Assembly: GCA_965112735.1 (NCBI GenBank)
Contig: OZ218964.1
Coordinates: 1,116,001 to 1,180,000 of the forward strand
Origin: Phaeosaccion multiseriatum
Lineage: Eukaryota > Protista > Ochrophyta, other classes
Length of the DNA: 64,000 nt
Direction of reading: 5' to 3'
Position numbers and translations under genes: made by a program. The notes beneath the pieces are model-generated. The model did no database searches, was not told the origin of the DNA, and was given only the letters and a program-made list of their open reading frames with translations. This document shows, piece after piece, positions 14,101 to 25,164 of the stretch. Every line of letters begins with the position of its first letter. Position 1 is the stretch's first letter.

Positions 14101-14280
14101 TCCTCCGCCTCGTTGAAGGTGCGTTTTGTCAAAACCTTCTGCTGGGCCATGCCGGAGCGATCCCAGCTCATCGGCCTGTGGCTCTACAGAGGCTGCGACG
14201 ATGTCACGTGGGTGGAGCTCTCTAACGTTATGCCGGAGATTGTCCCACGCGGGCTCCCAGGCTACCGCCGCTACCTCTAG
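5010..14280 (+). CDS. Fusion protein: glutaredoxin + DUF4395-like membrane domain + SLAC1/TehA (TDT) anion channel + hemerythrin-like (HHE) domain, ~971 aa, 18 exons
   Basis: Exons 5010-5234, 5358-5438, 5609-5962, 6231-6419, 6817-6933, 7644-7725, 8104-8270, 8743-8862, 9175-9387, 9611-9808, 10389-10736, 11238-11441, 11863-11916, 12081-12147, 12711-12808, 13172-13288, 13746-13865 and 14119-14280 total 2916 nt with consistent phase and a single stop. Grx: SKTTCGFC, TVPQIF, GGCDD. DUF4395-like: VDNRAVR, DYAMRF..SPI, KQFA..CG, DFCVGC. SLAC1/TehA: [46 protein letters not shown]. Hemerythrin: [29 protein letters not shown]. Confidence 0.85.
6934..7290 (+). repeat. (GGGTA/GGGTG)n pentamer array in an intron, starting at the 5' splice site
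   Basis: Dozens of GGGTA units seen directly after the GTGGGT donor. They degrade into a longer unit near 7190-7290. Confidence 0.95.
9812..10095 (+). repeat. Second (GGGTA/GGGTG)n intronic pentamer array
   Basis: Seen directly after the donor at 9809. Confidence 0.95.
13320..13692 (+). repeat. (CCCT)n tetranucleotide microsatellite in an intron
   Basis: Seen directly. It explains the PPSL/GREG pseudo-ORFs. Confidence 0.95.
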
Positions 14281-14649
14281 TAATTGTAAGCCTCTAGCGC
14301 TTCTCCCAGCGTCAGTTTGCTAAAAGTGTGCAACAAATCTACTACTGGGGGCGGTTTGGGCGATTCTTACGCAAAACGAGTGTTAATGTGTGTGGTTAAA
14401 ATACAACAAAGCAAAATGTTCAGTGTTTTCATTGTTCATTGTTTACTCGTCTTTGAAGGTACGTGGGATGGTAGGGGGGGGGCGGCGTCGATCTCACGTC
14501 CTCTCCTGCTGCAGCTGTATCACCAACTGAAGCAGTACCTAACGGCAAGGAGAGCCATCCCCCCTCCCCAAACTCAAACTCAATCCCCCCCCCCCTCCCC
14601 TACGTCACGTAACCGCGGTGCTCCACAAAGGGCCGCCCCTCCCTCCCTC

Positions 14650-14680
<31 letters not shown>

Positions 14681-14913
14681 CTCTCATTGCCCATCCCACC
14701 ATGAATACAAAAATCTTGCTTCGAGCCTACCATAAAAATGCCTCTCCTCCCCGCTTGTCTTCTCCCTCTCTTCCTTCTTTAATATCTAAAAAGAACACAA
14801 ACACAAAACAACACTTACCACCACCCACACACCTACACACCACCCGGCAGAGAGATTCGAACACCGCCCCTCCCTCGTGTGTGCGCGTGTGTTCACACTC
14901 CTTTCCCCTTCCG

Positions 14914-15073
14914 TCACCACGCCGCGCGCTTAAAGATGGAAGTGACGGCGCTGGCGACGCTGTCATCATCTCTGGACAGGGACGGCTGTCGCTTGTCTAA
15001 AAATGCCAAAAGCGACTGTTTGGCGACGAGTTGCTTCATAATATTCTTACCCACTCCGACTTTGATCTCCACC

Positions 15074-15111
<38 letters not shown>

Positions 15112-18100
15112 AGTTGTGTTTGGATTTGGAAGGGCAAGAGGTGAGCGAGGGGAGAGGAGGGGAGAAGAGAAGAGAGTGGGGAAGGGGAGAGGGGGGGGGG
15201 AGGGGAGGAGAGGAGAAGGGAGTGGGAAAGGAGAGGAGAGGGGGGAGAGAGGAGAGGAGAAGGGAGTAGAGGAGAGGAGAAGGGAGTGGGAAAGGAGAGG
15301 AGAGGGGGGAGAGAGGAGAGGAGAAGGGAGTAGAGGAGAGGAGAAGGGAGTGGGAAAGGAGAGGAGAGGAGAAGGGAGTGGGAAAGGAGAGGAGGTGAGG
15401 TGAGGGCATACGGGAGAGGGTGACGGTGTGGGTACCAAACGCTTCTTGAGTGAAGACAGCACGAGGACAGACAGACAGACAGACAAACAGACACAACAGA
15501 CAAACAAGACAGACAGACAGACAGACAGACAAGACAGACACACACACAGGCGAAATGCCCCGTTCCTGACCTTGTTGTCCTGTTCCCTAAGCCAGTGCCC
15601 CTTCTCGGACATGAGCTCCACCATGTAGTACTCCAGGAGGCGTCTGCGGTCCTCGATGAACTCCGCATCCAAGCTGTGAGGCAACAGGCAACACAGTAAG
15701 TCAACAAGTCAACATAGTCGTCGGAGGTACTACAGTTAAGATTCGAGGGACGATCCAAGGGACAGATAAGACAGGCCGGCAGACAGGCAGACAGACTGGT
15801 AGGTAGACAGGCTGAAAGACGGACAGAAAAGGCAGACGATCCGACACCACACCAACACCACACCATACACACACACCTGTTTCCGAAGATGCAGCGGGGG
15901 GGCAGGGTCGGTAACTCCGACGACTTGAATGCGTCCGTCAAATACTCGTGCAGCCACACAAAGTCGCTGTACCGCCGCTCTACCGCCCAATTCTTCCGAG
16001 GCGTCTTGATGACAATGTGGAAGGCAACATACGCCTTTCCACCGAGGCGGTCTCTCGAGAGGAGGGCCTTGTCGATGATGACAGAGACGGTGCCGGAGTC
16101 CTCCTCGTCGCCGAAGCTAGAGACCGTATAGAACAGTTGGTGGTACAGTAGAGAGGGTTGCGGGGGGAGGGGGTGGTGGGGTTGAGGGGGTGCCGTAATG
16201 GAACAGGGCTGGTGGTACAGTAGGGGGGGGCAGGAGCAAGGCAACACAGAGAGGGGCAGATACACACGCAAAGTCACACGCACGCCCACCCACCCATCCA
16301 CTGCCATCCACCCACCCACCCACGCACCCACCCACCCACCCACCTACGCACCCACCCACCCACCCACCCACCCACCCACCCACAAACCAAGTCACACACC
16401 CGCTACCAGCGACTTACGCTTCTTCGAAGAAGCCCGCACTGCTTGGGTTGGACTCGGGCGTGCCAGTGGGGCCTGTGCCATCCCTGCCCCCCCCCGGGGA
16501 TCTCGCCCCCCCCGGGGAGTCCTTCATGCTCAGCTTCATGCTCCCAGCGGCTGCTTCGGCCTCCACTTGGAGCCTGGTGTTAGGATGGAGGGGAAATAGG
16601 AGGGGTGGAGGGGTGGAGGGGAAGGCCAATCCATTGTTCAAGCGCAGAAAGATTGTGTGAGAGAGAGAAACTTACTGCGGGCGAGTCAGAAGAGTGAGAG
16701 AGTGAGTCAAGGAATGAGTGAGTCAATGAGTCAGAGATGGGTCCAATGCAAGGCGTTTCAGGCGGACTTTCAGTTGATTGCCCCTGACCCCAGGAAGACG
16801 GGGTACTCGGCAACGCACGCACACACGCACACACACCACACACCACCCACCTTTCCTCCTCCTTCACTCTCGCCTCCTCTGCAGCAGCTGCTGCCGCCGC
16901 TTCCGCCTCTGCTGCTGCCTTCGCATCTGCTGCTGCTTTCAACTCCGCCGCTGCTTTCGCATCTGCTGCTGCTTTCAACTCCGCCGCTGCTTTCGCCTCT
17001 GCTGCCGCCGCCGCCGCTTCTTCTGCTGCCTTTGCCTCTGCTGCTGCTTTCGCCTCTGCGGCTGCTTTCGCTTCTTCTGCTGCTTTCGCCTCTGCTGCTG
17101 CTTTCGCCTCTGCCGCTGCTTTCGCCTCTGCGGCTGCTTTCGCTTCTGCTGCTGCTTTCGCCGCCGCTGCTTCCTCTGCTGCCTTCAACTCCGCTGCTGC
17201 TTTCGCCTCCGCTGCTGCTTGGGCCTCCGCTGCTGCTCTTGCTTCTTCGGCTGCCTTCGCCTCTGCCGCTGCCACAGCCGCCGCCGCCGCTGCTGCTGCT
17301 GCTGCCGCCGCTGCTGCCGCCGCGGCTGCTGCTTCTTCCTCCTCCTTGCGCTGAAAGATCCGCAGAAAGGGGTAGGCAAAGAAGAAGAAGCATTGCGATG
17401 ATAAGTGACCACAATCACCCAGGCTTTTCATAGCTCTTCCTCCACACTCCCTCCTTCCTTCTCCTTACGTATGCCTCTCGTCGCCGGTCCCCCCTTCTTC
17501 TCCCCTAGGACTCCACAGAGTCAACACCACCCACACCCAATAGGGCCTACCCAATAGGGGGCCTAATGCCTCTACCCCTCCAGCGTACCTTCTTGTCTGC
17601 AGCTTCCTTCTCTGCCCTTTCCTTGTCCTCCTTCTCCTTGGCCAGGCGCTCCTGCTCCTTCTCGACTCTCTCCTTCTCCGCCCTCTCCTTCTCCGCCTGC
17701 ACGGCTTTCTCCATGGCCTTCTGCATCATCTGTTAGAGCGCACATACATACACACACACATGCACACACACACACACATGTACACACACACATACATACA
17801 TACACACACGTACGTAATGTGAGCATCGGTTTCAGTTTCAAGGTAGGGAAGAGCCCACCACCACCAAAACGCGATGCGTTTACAATCTGAGGCGACACGA
17901 GGCAGACAGAAACCGTCCTTCCTTGAGAAGCGCACCGCCCCTGAACCCCCCCCCCCTTGCTCCGACGAGCCATCGCTGCCCATTGCACTGCGATAAACGA
18001 CTCTCGACTCTCTTTCTCTCTCTCTCCGTACCTCTTCCTGCTGCTTCTTCATCTCCTCCTCCTTTTGCTTCATGGCTGCCTCGTAGGCTGCGATTTTGGC

Positions 18101-21100
18101 CTGCAGGGCATTGACACTCGCGGCCTCTGCCTTGAGGGCCCTGATGAGCTGCTGTGCCCTGTGTGCTCAAAGGGTCGGAGTGGAGTGGAGTGGCACAGGC
18201 CAATGACAGACGAGGCAGATAGACACACATGCATACATACACACATACACGCACACGCACACGTGCACACACACACACACCCAAGACAAGATTTGACACA
18301 TACACAGGCAGAGAGGAGAGAGAGACGAAAGAGAACAGACAGAAAGGGAGAAAGGTTAGCACTTGCTCCGATGCTCTACCCGCACCCCCCCACCCCTGCA
18401 CGTCCGCCTGTCCGCCTTCACGCACCTCTTCCTCCGCACTAGGCACTGCACCACGATGGCTCGGAGTCTCATCTGCTTGTAGCCCCCTCGGGCTGTGTGC
18501 ATGCGCTGCCAAGTCTGCAGCTTGACGCTGGAGGAGCGCAGCTGGTTAAAGCGGCGTCGCTTCACCGCTGCTCGCAAGAAGGTCTGCACGGTGATACAGG
18601 CCCGCAGGTATCTGGCAGTTGTGACGGGGGTAGGAAGGTAGAGGTACATGGGCAGGGCAGGGCAGGAGATGGAAGAGGAGGAGAAGGAGCGTGGTGCAAA
18701 GTCAAAGTGATTGGGGGAGGGGTAAGAGGTTCTCACGTACGTAATAAGTGTACGTTACGTAAGTGAGAGAGGCATATGGGCAGGCACACGCACCCACCCA
18801 TACAAGCACCCCCCCCAACACACGCACGCACGCACGCACACACGCACACATACACGCACACACCCACACGTACCTCATCTCCAGCACCCGCTTCCTGGCC
18901 TGCTTGCCCCTCGTCATTGTCTGCGCTGCCACCGCGCCTCTCCGAAGCCTCAGGTAGGCACGCAGCTTGACGAAGCGCCTCCATGTAGTCTACCACGGCA
19001 GCACCAGGGTACAACACAACAGGATTTTCAGTCAGTCAACGAAGGACATGGGGTTGCAGGAGACAGAGCATGGCAGGACAGGAGAGGACCCACCCACCCA
19101 ACCACCCACCCACACACACACACTCCCTCTCTCCCTCATCCAATCCCTCCCTCACTCACTCACCCACCCACTCACTCACTCCCTCACTTACTCACTCACT
19201 CACCTGAATCACGAGGCAGGAGGTAGACAACCGCAAAGTGCGTGCCTTCTCTGCCCTGTTAAAGGCCACTTGTCTGAAGAACACCTTCGACTCCCCAAGC
19301 TGCACCCCCCCCTCCTTACAAATGTCTCTGAAGCTTGGAGCCCGTCCCAGGGGCGCCGTGCGGCTGCCACCAGAGCCTGTCTTCCCGAGAGCCTTGAAGC
19401 TCTTCATCACCACGCGGGTGGGGGGGCGTGGGGTGGAGTGGGGATGAGTTGAGGTGGAGGGGAGCGATAGCAGAGTGAGACGACGGAACGTTCGTCGCTG
19501 CTGCTATCACGGGCTGCTGCTGCTGCTGGATCACCAACTCCTCCTCCTGCCGCTCCTGCTATATCACCAACTGCTCACCTTTACATTGACGGTACCGCTA
19601 AGCATGGGAACCACTTCCTCCGTCAGCGCCTGCACCACCTCACGCTCCTGATCCCTCTTGTTGGTGTGGCTTCGCTTCGCATCCTGAGTTGCGGCCAGAG
19701 CACGACGGGCGAGGGGAGAGTGGAAGGGATGAGAGGGAAAGGTGAGTTATATATACGATCTGGTCAGGGTAGCGGTAGCGGTGCTAGCGGTGGTGGTGCG
19801 CGGACAGGAAGGGGCTGGAGGGAGGGAGGAGAGATCGATGATGCGCTCAAAGCTTAAAGCTCAAAGCTCAAAAGCACCCCCAAGACCCCTTCCTTCACAA
19901 GCCGTGAGTCAAAGAAAGCTGAAAAATGCTTCACTTAGGAGGAGGAGCAGCAGCAGCAGCAGCAGGAGGAGGAGAAACAGACAGAGAAGGAGGAACAGCA
20001 AGAGGAGCACGAGGAGGAGCACGAGGAGGACGAGGCGCTGCGCATTGCACTCACTGACACTAACGCTGACACTGAAACTGAAACTGCTGTCTGACTGACT
20101 GACTGACTGACTGACTGACTCACTCACTGACTGACTGACTGACTGACTGCCTGACTGCCTGACTGACTGACTGACTGACTGAAAGACTGACTGACTGACT
20201 GACTGACTGACTGACCTTCCATGCGTCTGCCAGGGCCTCGACAGCGAGAATGCCGTATCTTGAGATAAACTCGCTGTGCTGCATGCGCACAGGGAACCCC
20301 GCCCGTGCCACATGCACGGCAGCAAGCACTCCGCCATTGGCGAGCTGGTCGGTGATTCGGCTGTCGTGGGGGGAGGGGAGGGAGAAGGCAAAGTGAGTGA
20401 GTGTGTGTGTGTGTGTGTGTGTGTAAGTGCTGCATGAGAGAAGAGTAAGGGTCAGAGGGCAAGAGAAGTGAAGAGAAAAGAAAGGGAAGGAATGATTGAC
20501 TGACTGGCTGGTTAATTTCTTACTCTCTCTGGATGACTTGCCTGTGATCGAAGCTGTCGCGGACGTTCTGGTCGTTGGGCTTGAGGCAGCGGATGTAGTG
20601 CGGGTGGGTCTCGTCGATGACCCCCAACAGGCTGTTCAGCTGAGTCTTGAACTGCAATGCGTGGGTGGAGGCATATGGTTGAGAGGGACATTGAATGGTC
20701 AGGGCTTTCCTTCAGAAGTACGTAGGGCCAGACAGGGACCTAGGCTCTCTCTCTCTCCCTTCCCTCCCTCGCTCTCCTCTCCCTCCCCCCCCCTCGCCCC
20801 CCATCCGTCTCTCTCATGGCTGGCTTCCCTGTCGGTCCCGACACCAAATACCAAAAAGAAACTGCTCGAAAAACACCCAACAGCCACACCAGACCGACAA
20901 GGGACCGCCAAGAGTAGACTGACACTGACACGCACCTGTAGCCCTACGCTAACGCCTTTGATGCCACTCTTCCTGTTGGCCCTTCCCCCCGTGCCTCCCA
21001 TGTTATGGTTTCCGTCGTCGGCATCCCCGCGCACGTTGGCCGCCAGCTCCTGTACAAAGAGACTCTTGGAAGACTTGAGCAGCTCCACCCCTTCCTTGTG

Positions 21101-22860
21101 GAGCAGGTCCTATGCAAGCAGTAGGGGAAGCGTCCAATACAGTGTGTGTGTGTGTGTGCGTGTGTGTGTGCGTGTGTGTATGTGTCAGTGCAGAGCAGTG
21201 CAGTGCAAAGCAGTGCAGTGCAAAGCGTCGTGTCGTGCGTGGAGGGGAGGGGGAGGAGGGGGGAGGAGGAAGAGTGTTGAGGCGAAAACTCTGGCTCTCT
21301 CCGTCTTTCTGTTTCCCTCTTCTCTCTCTCTGTCGGTCTCTCTGTCTGCCCCCCTCTCCCTCTCTCCGTCTTTCTCTCTCTCTCCCTCACCCTCTCCTTC
21401 ATCTCTGTTCCCTCCCTCCCTCCCTCTATCATGTCTCTCCCTCCCTGCTGTCTTCCTCTCTGACCTTGTTCTTCTCAACGAACCCCTCGCTCATGTAGGT
21501 GATGTCTCCGGCGTAGTGGCTCACCAAGAACTTGAAGTCGACCTTTAACATGCACACACATGCGCACACACACATACACACACGCACATACACACATACA
21601 CATGCACACACACACGCACATACACACACACATCCATCGCGTCACGTCATGTCATCGGATGGGCATGTGGGCATATGGGCATGTGGGCATATGGGCATGT
21701 GGGCATATGGGCATATGGGCATGTGCGCCTTCGCTCGAAAGGTCGTAAGGTCGTGAGTGCTGAGGAGGGAAAAGGGAAAAGGGGGTGAAAGGAAGGCAAG
21801 GCCATAGCTAGTACGATCCGCGAGAGAAAAGGAGAAGGGAGGAGAGGGTGAGGGCAGCTTGCTGCTTGCCTTACTTTGCTTACAGGGGGGGGAGGGCCAG
21901 GAGGGGATGGGGTGGAGGCGGCGGGGTTGTAATCCGAGAGAGAGTACAATCACTCACAAGGGTTACAGGGGATTAAGGGACGTACGCACACACACTCTCA
22001 CCTTAAGGTCATGCGTCACGCCAAAGCGGGGATGCTTCTCCAAGTGCCGGTACAGCGAGCTTGCCAGCTTCTGATCGCCGGGCTGAGAGAGAGAGAGAGA
22101 GGGAAGGGAAGGGGGCAATGTAAGGAGCGAATGTGGGCTGGCCTGCTCAGTTTGATATGGGATAACAGCATTCACTGTGACTAAAGATAAAAAAAGGACA
22201 GAACGTAAGAGAATTCCAGAATCACAGAGCATTCCCCTGACTGAGGCCTAACTGGGGGTCCTCCCCCTTCCCTCACCTGCGGCACTAGACACTGCTCGTC
22301 CAGGAGGGACAGGATACCCGTGGGCTTCTGCTCAATGAGGTCAACGCTCTCCTTGTTGTCGGGGAACTCGATAAAGTCCCATCTAAGACAAGAAACAAGC
22401 GTAGGTTGGGAGCAAGCACGAGATGAGAAGATCTGAACAAGGCCCGCCGTATCACCAACTGCTGCATGTCCACCCCGCCCCCGCCCCCCCCGGTGTCAGC
22501 AGGCGAGGTGCCACAGACAAGACGGGCGTGGAGCACCACAAGCCAAGACAAGTCAAGTGAAGCCAAGTCCAAGCCAAGAGAAGTGAAGTGAAGTGAAGCC
22601 AAGTCACTTACTTGATGCCCTCCCGCTTGTACTCCTCCTGCTCCATCTCAAAGACGAAGTGATTGAACTGCTGCTGCAGCTTCTCGTTGGCGTAGTTAAT
22701 GAGGAACTGATGAGACAAGAGGCAGATGGCAGACACAAAGGTATATGGGTAGGCACAGAGAGACAGACGAGACGGAGGAGAAGCCACACAGCGACGTTAG
22801 TTTTAGTTTTAGTGTTAGTAAACAGGAGAAGCAGCAGTAGTAGTAGTAGTAGTAATAGTG

Positions 22861-22909
<49 letters not shown>

Positions 22910-25111
22910 CAGCAGCGACCTCCGGAGAGAGACACACGTTCTTCTAGGCCCTTGCCCTTCGCACGGCTCAACACACCCACCTGCTCAAAGTAGTTGTTCT
23001 GGAAGCTCTCGAAGCCGAAGATGTCAAGCAAACCCACGAACCTTCAACAAGCAGAGGTACCGAGACGGGCCCGGTCAGGTGTGCGAGGGGGGGGGTTGCC
23101 AGGGGAAAAGGGAGTGTATCAGATGGAAGGATCGTGGAGGAGCAGGAAGGAGCATTGTGTGCACGCCTGTCGCTGCCAACTGTGTATGGTCGTGTGTATA
23201 GTCGCCAAAGGCCTTCTCTTGTCGTGGGGAGCTCAAAACCTACTCAGTACTCAATACTCTAGAGAGAGAAAGAGGCAGTTACATACGCGCACCATATGCA
23301 TAAACAGGGTCATAGGATAAGGGCCCACCACACACCCACCCATCCATCCAACACGCTGAACCCACACATCCACCCAGCACACACAACACTCACATGTTGG
23401 TGGCCGACAGGCCCAGCGTCTTCCTCCCGTCGCCAGCCATGGGGGACCCCCCCCAATTGAAGGTCCCTCCTCCCCCTCCCCCCCCTCCACGCGGTGAGCT
23501 CATTGGACTGAGTAAGCCTGTGCCTCCACGCTGCCGGTCAATTGTCTCATTGATCTTTCTCTGTTGGGTGGGTGGGTGGGTGGGTGCGTGTGCGCGTGCA
23601 CGACGAAGCAAGTCATGAATGACACAGAGCAAGCGGGGGATGACTCAGTAGGGGGCAGACCGGCACGTGCGTGTGTGTGTTTGTGTGGACGTGGTCATGG
23701 ACACACACACACACAAACACACACACACGCACACACATGGACGTTTGGGTGGGTCCCCTTCCACTTGCCTGAACCCTCCCTCACTCTTCCCTCCTTCACC
23801 TTCCTCCCTCCCTCCCTCCCTCCCTCCCTCCCTCCCTCCCTCACTACTCACCACAAGCCAGTCGAACAAGGCGCTGTACAGGGCTTTGCATAATGCGTCC
23901 CTTCCGTGGTTGGACTCCTTCGCTCTGCGATGGAGGGACAAGAAGAAAGGGTGTGCGTGTGTGAGAGAGAGAAAAGAGACACAGACAGGGGTGGCAACAA
24001 GACATGGGGCCACACACACGAGATGCCCTACACTTACTCTTCCACGACTCATACCGACAGTCACTACTCTGCCGACAGTTACACTCCTCATTCTCCATAC
24101 TCACTCCTTGTTGACGGTTACCGTGTCCCCCGCTGCAGTGATTTTCCTCGTGCTCACTGCCTTGAGCAGCGCATCCTCGCCCACCTGCAGCAGCGTGGAC
24201 GCCCTCCCCACAAACTCCCTCGCATCCTCCACCACCTCCACCCCTGCCTGGTCCCCTCCAGTGCCACTCACGTCCCTGAGGGGAGGGGAGGGGAGGGGAG
24301 GGAGGGAGGACCGCACGCATGAGGAACACACACACGCAGTGGATGGCAGTGGACGGAGGGGGAGGGGAAGGGAGGGGGTGGTATGGAAGATGAGAGAGAA
24401 GAGGAGGGAGGAATGAGTGTACACCGTACGCAACGGAGACGGAAAGGATACCCGGCGCTTCGCATGGAGGTGCCTGCCCATATGCCTGCCGATGTGTCTG
24501 CCCTCACGCCCTCACGCACTCACCTGAACTCAATGTTGCCTGTCTGCAGCACTCCAGACACCACCGTGAACACCGCTTCTCGGTCCTCCTCGTTCACCTG
24601 GGGGGGGCGAGAGAGAAGTTTGAGTGTGCGTGCAGGGGGAACGAAGTGTAAGGCAGGTCGGCCCATCACAGGTGACGACGATTCACGCTCACGCCCGCAC
24701 GCTCACGCCCGATGTAAGCGCCCTTTCGCCCTCTCATCTCCTTCCCTCCCTCCCGATATGCGAATATCCTTCCCGTCGTCCCTCTCCTCCCCTCCCCCCC
24801 CTCCCTCCCCTTCCATACGCCTCTACATGGCCCCCTCACACACCAACGCACCTCCATAACGTGCATGGCTTGCAGCAGCTCCTCCCACAGGTCTGAGTCC
24901 TTGACCCCGTCCCTTCGGTGGTAGCAGTCGCTCTGGTTGATGTAGTGGTAGATGCGTGGGTCCGGGGAGAGTTGCCAGCGTTCCTTTTCTTCCTCGGTGG
25001 AGCCGGCCAGCATGAGGTAGAAGATGTGAAAGTTCCTCTCTTCCTCCGAGGTGTGCACGAGCCGAATCTTCTCCAGCAGGAAAGTGCGAATGGCCGCCCC
25101 CACCAGGAAGC

Positions 25112-25164
<53 letters not shown>

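Noticed and set aside
5010-14280. Reading the glutaredoxin, SLAC1 and hemerythrin pieces as three separate genes
   Set aside because: No stop codon occurs on the spliced path between domains, the Grx and DUF4395-like start share one exon (5609-5962), and the last channel helix and first hemerythrin His share one exon (11238-11441).
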